From assembly GCA_951406725.2 (NCBI GenBank), contig OX597826.1:21328001-21392000 (forward strand): a DNA stretch of 64,000 bases, written 5' to 3'. Made by a program: the position numbers and the translations under genes. Under the pieces are notes generated by a model that saw nothing but the letters and a program-made list of their open reading frames with translations, was not told the DNA's origin and did no database searches. Shown piece by piece: positions 25,989 to 37,384 of the stretch. This DNA comes from Octopus vulgaris. Lineage: Eukaryota. Position 1 is the stretch's first letter; each line of letters begins with the position of its first letter.

Positions 25989-27667
25989 TACCTGGTCTGG
26001 TGAGGAAGTCAGTAGAGACCATAACAGACATTGTTTGATTAGGAGATGCTAAACTCAAGCTAAGAATAGTCAATGTATGAGAAAGATGTTTAGACAGAGT
26101 GTATTTCTGGCACTGCCATCCATGAGAATGTTAAAAGGATACCATCTTGGCAGTGTTAGTGAGTTCCAGAGTCTCCCTGACATGTTTTGTGATCATCTCA
26201 GCAACAGCAGATGTTTTATCAATGTGATTGTTGAAATTGGTACCAAGAGAGATGTGGTTTAGTTCCAAGTTAGCCCTAATTGAGTAACCTTTGATCAAAA
26301 GCATCCCAACCACGACCACCTCACTTAATACATTTATGGCAATACTGTCCGCTTGATCCCCTTTTTCAGAAGGAAGGATGAGAACTGAATTAAGATTTCG
26401 ATTCTTTTTCTAAAGAGAAAGAGACAATGTCACAGATACTGGATCTGAAATACAGGAAAACCCAGTTTGGAACTGTCAACAGTAATCTCTGGTGGAGTGG
26501 CCATGGCTGAACTCAGCATGTTGCTGTTTCAATGTTCCTCTCTATGTAGTTAAAACAATGGTGTGTAACAAAGCTTCTCAAAGCTTCGGAGGGTGTGGCG
26601 AAGTGACTTTTGACAACCTCACTTTAATTAACAGGTGTCATGGGACAGGTAATTTTGTACCCTTCACACCTGCACCCGAGGGCGACTACCCGACTCTTGG
26701 CTACGCTTCTGTATGTGTACACGCTTTGACACCGGAGTGGTGGCTATAAAAAACAAAAAAAAAAAACAAACAAAAAAATTCATACCCAACATAATTTGTC
26801 TGAAGACATCGTTACAATCCGTTTCTATTTTACAGACACGATTTTATGTTTTTTTAATCATGGTTTATATCAATACCCGAAGAATTATTTTATTACTCTG
26901 GGCCAATTGCTGATACAGAACTGCCGTACAAGAATTACATTCCTGGTGTGGTTTTACTGAATTTGACTTCACTTACATTGTTTGTAGTTCTGTAAGATAC
27001 TTGGGTGAGAGTGTGTGATTAGAATGAGCGTGTTGTGACGCTCATGCCTTTCGAAAGATTGCTGTTAATTTACCAAAGTTTCGTCAGTAAATTATTGTAC
27101 ACAACCCATCACAAAATGAAGCAATATACAATATTTTTTAAAATTTATATAGAGTAGTATTATAGATACGCAATGATACACATAATACTTATATATAATG
27201 TATACTTTTGTAGGGTATTTAGTTATGTGTGTACATGAATAATATTTTCTATTTACAAAACTTCTAAAGAAACAATAATAATAATAATATGGTTTCTTTA
27301 TTAACTACAAAAATACGCTTTCCGTGTGAGAAGTGAATTAAGGATTGTGTGTGGGTATGTATAACATATACGTGTCCGTGTGTGTGTATCAAAGGGAGGT
27401 ATCTATACATGCTCATTTCGACACATAATGTTTATGTACATCATATATATTCAAATGTATACACACATATGTGTATGTGTGTGTGTGTATTGAGTATTTT
27501 AACGTGGAATGTGAGAGAGAAATGTAACAAAGTGTGTGTGTCGTGTTGCTATGAAGAGAGAGACATGTCAGATCATACTGACAGGGCGGAATATATTGTA
27601 GAGAACAAGAGAGGGAGAAACATCTTAGAGAGACGTGAGGTAAGATTGTAAAGAAAGAGAGACTTAC

Positions 27668-27786
27668 TTGAAGTTGGTTAATATCATCTTATTAACGACA
27701 ATAATTAAAAAGGAACTGCATCCATAGAATAAAGCCGATAATATTCGATACCTAACGGGCATTTTCTCTCCTGTACCTTGGTTCAT
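27668..27786 (-). CDS. SLC35D1: SLC35D1/2-like UDP-sugar transporter, coding exon 1 (ATG at 27786)
   Basis: Translates MNQGTGEKMPVRYRILSALFYGCSSFLIIVVNKMILTNF(N), matching the SLC35D/frc/sqv-7 TM1 motif; GTAAGT donor, phase 2. Co-orthologue of SLC35D1/D2. Confidence 0.93.
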
Positions 27787-28949
27787 ATTGAAGCTGGGAG
27801 AATAAGGGAATCAGAAAAGAAGAAATAAATAAAGTTTGTGATGTGGTTGTGTTGTTGTGCGGAAGTAATTAAAAGAAACGAAAATTGCGTGAGTCCAGCT
27901 TGCACAACATTATGTGGGCCGGATGTGCTGCAAGTTATTTCCCTTACACTTCACCAAGAATACAAGGCGAAGTCTTTGAGATTTTGGAAAATCCGAAAGA
28001 ACCAGGAGGGGATGAAGGGGTTGGTGTGTGGTTGCGGGAGGACAGAAACTAATAATAGAAACGGTGGAATGATATATGTCTTGGTGAGAGGAGGAGAGAA
28101 TTCTTTCTGGCGGGAGCCATCGTCGAAGAGAGAGAAATGTATTGTGGTGTTAAAAGAAATATAAAACGGGATAAGAGTGAGAGAGGGAGAAAGAAAAAAG
28201 AGAGAAAGAGGGAGAAAGGTAAGAGAATTGCGGGGAGACGAAGAAGAGATAACAGGTAGAATGATCAATGAGCGAAGACTGGCAGAGCAACACAGTATAG
28301 ACACACACACACAGACTTATAGAATAAGTATTAGGCTTACAAAAAATAAGTCCTGGGGGTCGAGTTCGTCGACTAAAGGCAGTGCTCCAGCATGGCTGCA
28401 GTGAAATGACTAAAACAAGTTAAAGAAGAATGTGTGTGTGTCATCATCGTTGGCCAATATTGAAAGAGCTGGTTTCTAACCTAGATTCATTGGAATTTCG
28501 ACAACATCAACAGGGTATTTTTGTATGTATGTATATGTGCAGATTTGTATGTTTTGTTTTATGTATGTATTCTCGTGCATATAGTTGAACGTATGTATGT
28601 ATAAGCAGTACAAATATACCCCAACACCACCAGCCATACTGATCAACATTATATATCACTACCACCACCTTTCCCACCATCAGCACACGATTCCCCCTTC
28701 CTCCCATACACCTACCCCATCTCCATAGCTTTTGATTTCTGTAGAGATTTTTATGGTTGTGTAGCAGTTTAATTAAAAAGTTTTGATTGCAATTACTATT
28801 GGCGAGCAACATTATCTGTGACAATAAGAAACAGTTTCTATTGTGTATGCATGCATGTGTTTGTGTATGTGCACGTGTGTGTGCATGTGTGTATACATGC
28901 ATAAGCACACATGCATACATACATACATACATATATATATATATATAGT

Positions 28950-29136
28950 TAATCCCAACATGAAAACACAACAACGCCAGGACGTGGAACAAGTATAGTA
29001 TTATTGGACGCTCAGGAAAGAAGGAGGGTTTAATGTTTCGAGCGGAGCTCTTCGTCAGAAACATAGGAAAAGGAAAGATCCAAAGAAGGGAAGATGGAGG
29101 AAAAAAAATCGCCAATGGTACACACACAGTCACATT

Positions 29137-29140
<4 letters not shown>
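28950..29140 (-). mobile_element. Solo Penelope-type pLTR between (TA)n tracts
   Basis: Contains a hammerhead motif; flanked by (TA)n on both sides. Confidence 0.6.
29028..29062 (-). ncRNA. Minimal type-I hammerhead motif
   Basis: GUUU-CUGACGA-A-GAGC ucc GCUC-GAAA-CAU-U-AAAC; stem III probably a CpG-decayed ACGU palindrome. Confidence 0.7.
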
Positions 29141-29176
<36 letters not shown>

Positions 29177-29487
29177 ATAAGGGTAGTTTTAAAAAATCCG
29201 AAGATTAAAAATTTTTTTACAAACAAAATTTAGAGGATATTCTTATCATTTATTTTTATCTAGTTTCAGCTCACAAGCTGTGGCCATGCTATTTGTCTTG
29301 CTTATTTTTACACTTTGGTTTTTTGGTGAGTTTTCTCTTGAGAACACATTCTTCGTGGAAAATGGCGATTTTGACGTCTATATCTAGCGTATAGGCTGTC
29401 CACTTTTTGTGGTCAGTTCTCTAAATTTTGTATATATATATATATATATATATACTCAAAATAAGTAACAAGAATATCTTCGGTAAT

Positions 29488-29573
29488 TTGGTATGATCGT
29501 TTCAAGCTACATCATTTTATTAAACATTGTAAGTATTACAACAGTTTCAAAATGTTGAGCAATCATCAGCCAT
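29488..29573 (-). ncRNA. Hammerhead motif in the inverted pLTR (long stem II)
   Basis: UGG-CUGAUGA-59 nt hairpin-GAAA-CGAUCA-UA-CCA. Confidence 0.55.
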
Positions 29574-30595
29574 TTATAGAGGTTTTCCATTAATACATAT
29601 TTTCATATTAATTGATAACATTATAAAGAGGGTAGATGTAGGTAGAGAAATCCCCGAATTACAAGGGGGTTTATATAGAGATGATGCCTTATTTATTGTA
29701 CCTAGTAACAATAAATCAGTAATTGAGAGAATATAAAAGAAAATTAGTAGATTTTTCAAAGATTTCAACTTAGGCATTACTTAGGCATGAATATAACACC
29801 AAGATAGTTAATTTTCTAGATGTTACCTTAGACTTAAATTCAAAGTTATATCACCCATTTAGAAAGGAGGGTGAAGTTACCAGATACGTAAATAAATTAT
29901 CTAATCAATAGTGAAAAATATTTCTCTGAGAATTTCAAAATTATCATCGAATATTGAAATTTTTGACTCTCACTCGAATCATTATAATGTTGCATTATCT
30001 AGAGCTGGATACGACCAAGAAATCACTTTCTTGGATCTTGATAACATAAATCTCTTAAATGATGAAGTGTATGTAAACAGCTCAAGTAATATAGAATCTC
30101 ATACTCTAAATAAACAAATCAATGGAAGAAAGGAACCTAGTATATAAACTCAATAATATGAATGAAAATAGTAAACAGATCGCAAATAAATATGAAAATG
30201 ATAAAATAAATGTAAATAATAATATAAAAAATCTCTCCCACAAAGAAAAAAACCTAATAAACATAAATATAAGACTAAAATGAATAATGAATCTCGTAAG
30301 AATATAGATAACATTAATCTTTCCCACCCTTACTCAAATAAAAAATACAAAAGAAAAAATGTTATATGGTTAAATATCCCCTTCAACTGATCGATCTCTA
30401 CAAATATATATGGTAGATTTGTGTCTATACGAGAAAAAAACTTCCCAGCTTCCCATAAATATTATAAAATAATTTCTAATAAATCAGTAAGAATATCATA
30501 TTCTACTCTTCCAAATATGGCTACCATAATAGCTAGACTTAATAGTAAAAATATAAAGTTAGCTAGGGATAGAATAAATAGTAACAACAATAATA

Positions 30596-30641
<46 letters not shown>

Positions 30642-31310
30642 TGGTAATAATAATAATAATAACAACATTAATATAAATAGTGATAATGACAACATCAATA
30701 ATATAGGTAATAAAGATAAATATGTAGTAGGTGAGGGTAGTGTGAATGGATTAATAACTAATAACCCCAATTTACATAACAATATAACTACTGTTAGAGG
30801 AAATAACACTAATACTAATAATAACTCTACTAACGAAAATGAAAATGAATTGTCCATAAATAATACTAGTACCATGAATTATCCCCCCAGTTGTAATTGT
30901 AGGATTAGATCGAAATGTCCGGTATCTGGCCGCTGTTTGGTCCAAAATGTAATTTATAAATGTTCAATAGTGACTTCAAATAATAGCTATCTTTATTTCG
31001 GTTGTTCGGTGGATTTAAAAAAACATTTAAACAATAATTTTTTCTCCTTTAGGCTTAAACACAAGGCAGGTTGCACAACATTGTCTAGTCACAACCCGTA
31101 CGTTTAAATATTTTAAATAATAATATTGTGACCATTCCTAAATTTTTCAAATTCTAATTCTTTATAACTAAATAAGAATGAATATACCATAATAGCTTTT
31201 ATTCAACATGCACAGATTACTAAAAAAACTTCATTGCATATTTAGAATTAAATTCTCTTTTTTTTTTCTTTCTGATAATCTCCTATATTAAATAGTAAAA
31301 ATTCTATGTC

Positions 31311-31640
31311 CCTTGATTACCTCACTTCCATTTCTTAATATATCATCGACCCCGGATATTTTTACCTAACTGATTAGTTTTTTCTCCACGGGTAGTAAAT
31401 ATTATGTCTAACAGATCCTTTAATTTAATTCTTTAATAACAATTCACCATCTACTAAATCTGAGAAATTTACTCTTCTTGATTACTTCTCTTCCTAAAAA
31501 TGAATCACCTTCTACTAAACCTAAGAAAATGACTCATCTTGATTACTCCTCTTCCACTTTTTCTAATATATATCATTGACCCCTAATATATTCACTTAAT
31601 TAATAAGACTTTTGTCCACAGTTATTGAGTATTGTGCCTA
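31311..31640 (+). repeat. Degenerate direct repeats in the Penelope 3' region
   Basis: CTTGATTAC..CTCTTCC units three times; 31311-31410 resembles 31538-31640, 31442-31494 resembles 31503-31555. Confidence 0.7.
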
Positions 31641-32197
31641 CTCATAATAAATGATAGATTTTTTCTCCAAAATTAATAAATATTAGATTTATAATTCTCT
31701 TTTAATCCAACTTATCAAAATAATCAACACCTACTAGCTAAGTATAAAGTTGATGCATATTTGTATATGTTTGTATAAGTGTAAAGGAATCTCTGTATTT
31801 TCTATAACTTTTTAGCATATAGTTGGTCATTGTGACCATTTAGCATTGACCTAGTTTTCTTGATACAAAATCTGTTTGCCAAATAGCAATAAACAGCATA
31901 TAAGGCAATATAATCCCCTTTCCACTTTAATTTCTTTAGGAATTACTTCTGACATTTATTTCACCCCTACCTACTTCTATAAATAGAAAATCTCTTTTGT
32001 CTCCATTCAACTGAATATCCCTCCCCACTTTCTAGCAGTTCAAAATAACTTAAAGAATATTCTTCAGTCAGAAGATAAATTCTTTTACCTTAATGTTCTT
32101 AAAATTCAAATCAACATCTTTGTATATATATCTATCCCCTTTATAATGTTATTTAATATGAAAATATGTATATGTATTAATGGAAAACCTCTATAAA

Positions 32198-32281
32198 TGG
32201 CTGATGATTGCTCAACATTTTAAAACTGTTGTAATATTTACAATGTTTAATAAAATGATGTAGCGTGAAACGCTCGTACCA
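32198..32281 (+). ncRNA. Hammerhead motif in the 3' pLTR (long stem II)
   Basis: UGG-CUGAUGA(32201)-59 nt hairpin-GAAA(32267)-CGCUCG-UA-CCA. Confidence 0.6.
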
Positions 32282-32409
32282 AATTACCGAAGATATTCTT
32301 GTTGCTTATTTTGATTATAATCACCCCATGGATTTATATGGATAACACCATACAAAATTCTGGTGCATCTAACTTAAGTACCATATTCATTTGAATCTAA
32401 ATTTTGTTG

Positions 32410-32411
<2 letters not shown>

Positions 32412-32484
<73 letters not shown>
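32412..32484. repeat. (TA)n(TAGA)n compound microsatellite
   Basis: Seen directly. Confidence 0.95.
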
Positions 32485-32485
<1 letters not shown>

Positions 32486-34029
32486 CATGCACAAACATAC
32501 ATACATGTAAACATGCATGATAGCCGTGAGTTCATACGAACGACAATTGGTTGCTGCGGTGAACTGCAAAGTGAAGAGGAATTTCAGTTCCAACGGAGGA
32601 TGATTTGCACCTCTTTTCCACAACTATCAAATAAAATGTCTCTTCTCAGTTAAATGCAATACAGAATCACAATATGCTATTGTAGACAGGCTTTTTTTAT
32701 TATTTTTTGATTGCCAGAGGAGAGACAAATTTACCGCAAAAACTAGCAGAAAAAGACAAGCAGCATCCTAGTTGCAGCTATGTAAAAATGAGTAGAAACT
32801 GCAGTGAAGCCGGATTAATATTGGAGCAAATATTGAAAATAATTCTGGAGAGAATATGATAAAGTCTGCTGAAGCAGAATTTGAACTCAGAACAAAGAGA
32901 GACCAGACTAAACACTTTCTTTTTCTCTATTTTTTTAATGTTAGTCAAGGGTTGGGGTGTGAGGGATAGTACCACTAATCTCTCCAATGGTTTCCTAATT
33001 AGTGAATTAATGTTGTAGAATATACGTGTCAATAAATACCGAAGGGAACAAAAGAGAATAGTTGCAACAGATTGAATTCTGCTAAAAAAGTTGAATATAT
33101 TCTTGGTTGCACATGATATCAATCACCTAAATGTTTGCTTCCACATACAACTTCTTCCCATAGAACTTCTCAAAACTTCTAACTCCATGAAGAGGTGACA
33201 TTCATGCCTCTCTTAACAGTCATATGAGATGTCACACCTACACACAACCACCGTCCTCTTCCTTATTACTTTCCATCAAATCGAATGCTGCCATTTTTCT
33301 TCTTTATTTGTGGATCCTTTCATCACTGTACATTACAGGTGGGGCATGGTTGGAGAGTCCAGGCTTTACTCTACACAGATATGTCTCTTTAATTAACGAC
33401 TTCTGATAATGCATCAACAGATGTTGAATAATGATGATGATATCTTCAGTCACTTCTCCCCACCACCACCTCCACCACCAGTGAGACTGCACCAAGTGAA
33501 TGACTGGTAGGCATGTCTTCTACTCTTGAAGGGTTGAATGGGTTCCTTTTTTTAAGGTGGACTTTAGCTGGACTTTGAGCCATTTCTTTGGTCCACCTGC
33601 AAGACATTGGCTACACACACACACACACACACACACACACCAGTTGGGCAAATTTGCACTGAGGATGGTCAATAATCAAACCATTCATTTCAGTCTTTGG
33701 AGTTTTTAGTTTAAACATTTGTCATTTCTAGTTTCACTTGATCAATGAACCAAATATTGAAACTGCTGTCCAGGTTTACTCAACACTTCAAACAATATAC
33801 AAAAAAAAAATCTACTTAAAGAAATAATGATTTCTCTGCGCAACTAAACTGTTGTTATAAAATGACAAAAGAATCCTCAACCCATTTAGGTCTGCAGTGA
33901 AAGGAAAATCTGGTTTTATTACAACTTAACCACAAACACTAAAAACAACGAGTTGCTTGCCTTCTTTTGAGATTTTAAAAAAAATATTTTATGAGAGGAA
34001 CAGACTGTGTTTATGGTTTCTATAAATCT

Positions 34030-34385
34030 GACTTATGGGAAAAAGCTGTGTCCATGGCCTCCTCTTGTCAATCCTCTTGACACATTTGAAAAGTAGCTAT
34101 TTGATGTTTGCAGGAAAAACATGAAGAAAGTGGAGGGTGAGGGATAACATCCTAGAGGGGAAAGGGCTGGGTGAGTGTAAGGCCTGTGAGTGGGTGAGAA
34201 CAAAATATTGATGACACAAGAAGAGAGATGCATGAGTAGGGAGTGTGTGAGTGGAGGTGGAGCAGTGGCCATTGTAGTAGTGGTAGAAAAGGCAGAGGGA
34301 GAGGACACAACATGCCTGTGAGCAAGAAACTGGAGGAGTGTATTGGTGAGGGATTCCATACCAATTAGTTTGGATGCCATTTTGG
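34030..34385 (-). mobile_element. Degraded CR1-clade LINE 3' fragment
   Basis: LAHRHVVSS...(Y)HYYNGHCS and SYFS motifs resemble a CR1/Crack ORF2 C-terminus. Confidence 0.5.
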
Positions 34386-35969
34386 TGGTGGCGGTGGGGG
34401 GGGAGCAGGTTCAGCTGTTTGTAGCAGCAGCACCATAACAGAAAAGGGGATCAGAAACCTTGTTTTACACATGATTCATAAACAATGGAAAGATTGTATT
34501 TCTTTCCAGGTCTTTGAATCACACACGCACACACACAGAGAGTCTCTTTCTCACCTTCTCTCTCTAACTGTAATTAATTAATTAACTAATCAAGGTCATC
34601 TACCAAACTGGATCTTCCACTCCTTACTGAAACCATTCCATTTCACTAAAGACTTTGCTATAATTATTCCACTCTATATCAATTACCATTCTTTTATATA
34701 AAACCTCTCATCTGACACAACAGAAGAATCTCAAGTTTTTATAAGAATTCAATATCATTCCTTAATAAAATCATGCCTTTTAGCAAAAACACAGTGTTCC
34801 CTATTTTACAGGAAATAAGATTTCATTTTGTCTTGGTGATCTTTCCCGTAAAAGCTTCATTGAAGTTAATTGGCTTTCAGTCAGAAATACAAGACTTAAC
34901 TGATCAAAAACTCACCCAATACCATGTGGTGTTGCTTGACTGACCAATAATATCTTAATCTGTGGCATTGGCTGACCAGTAACTGATGTCTTACTCTGTG
35001 GTGTTGATTGATGTGAGTGATGATTGATTAGAGTGATGAAGTATGAGAACAAAGTTTTATATTGATTAATTAAAAATGATTAATAGAGCAGGGTTGGAAA
35101 ATCCTTTAGAATCAACATTTATGAATATGAGCAAAGGGTTGGAAGAGAGGTTAATGTTAATTTGTCAACAATTTTTGACACAAAAAAGTTGAAAGACGTT
35201 TCTGTTACTTTTCCATGGAACCCAGTAGGTGACATATGACTGTCTCGTCATGTCTTTTCTCAGAAAATGCAGCATGTCATAGATATCTGTGGACACAACT
35301 TTAGTGAACCATATGTAAAAGCACTCTAACCGGGAGAAATTTGCCAGAACAAAATTACTTTTGGGCCCAGGGATCAAGGTTCTGATAGTCCTTATCTCTC
35401 AGCTTCTTGCACCACTCAACTGGTTCAACTCCCCTCACTCACATACAACCTGCCCCTGACCATTCCATATTTTGCCAAGGCTGTAGCCTCAGTTTCTTTC
35501 CTAACCACATGGTCCTGGGTTCAGCTCTACTACATAATACCTTGGCCATATGTCTTCTGCTATAGCCATGGGTTGACCAAAACCAAGTGAGTTGATCTGG
35601 TAGATGGAAACTGAAAGAAGGTCATTGCATATGTGTGTGTGTGTGTGTTTCCTTGTTTTGGTATTATGCAATAAGTGTAAGTGACTGCCACCATCGTACA
35701 AGCAGTGTCTGAGAAGGACTCAAAACATGTGAAACCATTTTGAAATTCTTTCTTACATAGAAATTTAAATCTCTAAATTTTGGTTAAAATAGCGATGGAG
35801 ATAGGCTTTGGCATTTAAAGGTACTCTAGGGCCCGTGGAACAAAGGTTATGGAAGAGAAAATGATTAAGCGCCATAATCCACCTCCCTCTTCAAATGGAA
35901 AATAGGGTAATGTTGCGCCTTTTATAGCCCTTCTTTCGTTTCCATCAATGTAAACATATCGTCACCGTT

Positions 35970-37120
35970 CAGTCCTCGATTAATAAAAAAAAATTAATTT
36001 GACGTTGTGTAACCATCTTTTTGTCTGTTCATTATTTTCTGGCTACCATGAGGAAACAAAATAAATTCTCTTTTATCATGAAGAGATGGGATAACGTATT
36101 TACGATAGTGATGGTGAGGGTTAAGCTTACTTTAGAAGTCTGAGGGAAATAGGAAGGTGCGGTGGGGCAGAAGAAGGAGCACCAAAACGGAAACAAGGAA
36201 TTGGAAAGGACAATCATTAAATATGATTATATGGGGACCAAACGATATAATAGAAGAGCTACCGGAAACAATAGTGTTTGGAGATACAACGATGGTAGAA
36301 AGAATAGAGGGTAGGATACCCAGGTGCTATAAATGTGGCCAGAAAGGTCACACTAGAGCAAACTGCCCTCTGTAAAGGAAAAAGGAAGAACCGGTAAAAG
36401 AAAAGGAGGAAACAACACCACCACCAGCAGTAACAGAAGAAGGAAGCAAGTAGAACAGAAGACAAATGGGTGACACCAGGAAAGGAAAGGAAGAGAAAAA
36501 GGAAGAAACCAGGTAAAATCAATACTGAAACCCACCCCACCCAAATACCACCCACACCTTCTTCTCCTCACCCGCTCCCTACAGACACTGAATCTACTCA
36601 CACCCCTCCAACACGAAAACAAACACAGTCAGAAACAAGAAATTCAACCTCCCCTCCTCAGAAAAAACGAAGAAAGGAAGCTATGTAATGATGTACGATA
36701 ACACAAATATAAATTTGTGTGAAGAGATGAAAAAAAGTGGAAAGGCATTAGAGCGGTGGACACTTGCAGGTTCGACTACGTGTAAGGGTGGCATCGCTGC
36801 CTGTTGTTGGACGAAAACCAAAGAGAGAAAACTGTGAAATGCGAAAAAGGATATAAAATATGGCAAGTCGATCTAGACATTCAAAATCTGCCAGGGAATA
36901 TGGCTTACATGTTCTTATTGAAGGAGTACGGAGTGAACATTATGGAAGGCTCCGGGTTTGAAAGGAAAAAAAGAACAGAGATAAAACGAAGTAACTCAGT
37001 GGTGGGGCTGAGGAAACTTCATTCCATTTCTCATTTTATCATTCCTTTTTCCCCTTTTTTAAAAATTTGTTATGTATCCCCATATGTCTTTGTGTTGTCC
37101 CTTTGTGAGCAATAAAGAAA
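35970..37120 (+). mobile_element. Degraded L1/Tx1-like ORF1 (gag-like) element
   Basis: LPETIVFG...IEGRIPRCYKCGQKGHTRANCP CCHC knuckle (36325-36366), W.TPGKERKRKRKK basic patch, AATAAA at 37111; no ORF2 seen. Confidence 0.65.
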
Positions 37121-37249
37121 TAGGGTAGAAGAAGGAGGAGGAAAAAGAAGTGGGAATATCAGAGGGAAAATGCGTGGAAAACGAAAAACGAAAAGAGATG
37201 GAAGAAAAAGAAGAAATGGGAAGAATTATGAAAAGTATTAGTGAGAGAA

Positions 37250-37384
37250 GGCGGCGGCGGCGAGTTTTGTCCAATCAGCTTCAGGTGTGTGTATCTGGTC
37301 AATTTATAGTCTTAATGAGGGGGGTACAATAATTAAAATAATTACAGCGTGGCGGGAATTACGGTGTCTAAGTTGTCTCACGTG
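37250..37384 (+). promoter_or_regulatory. Putative brat promoter: (GGC)n tract, CCAAT 37271, E2F-like TGGCGGGAA 37350, CACGTG 37379
   Basis: Motifs seen directly; followed by a strong donor AAG/GTAAGA at 37580/37581 and a plausible acceptor AG at 40084-40085, 33 nt before the ATG (5' UTR intron). Confidence 0.45.

Larger units (their letters stand above)
29455..32411 (+). mobile_element. 5'-truncated Penelope-like retroelement with inverted pLTR
   Basis: RT motif GLYRDDAL at ~29668-29691; GIY-YIG region CNCRIRSKCPVSGRCLVQNVIYKC...LYFGCS in ORF 30421; 29455-29640 is an inverted copy of 32128-32314; (TA)n on both flanks; frameshifts and stops. Confidence 0.9.

Noticed and set aside
28507-29133. 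208-aa minus-strand ORF
   Set aside because: Runs through microsatellites and a pLTR; no domain
30462-30875. Poly-Leu membrane-like ORF
   Set aside because: Antisense shadow of the (AAT)n tract
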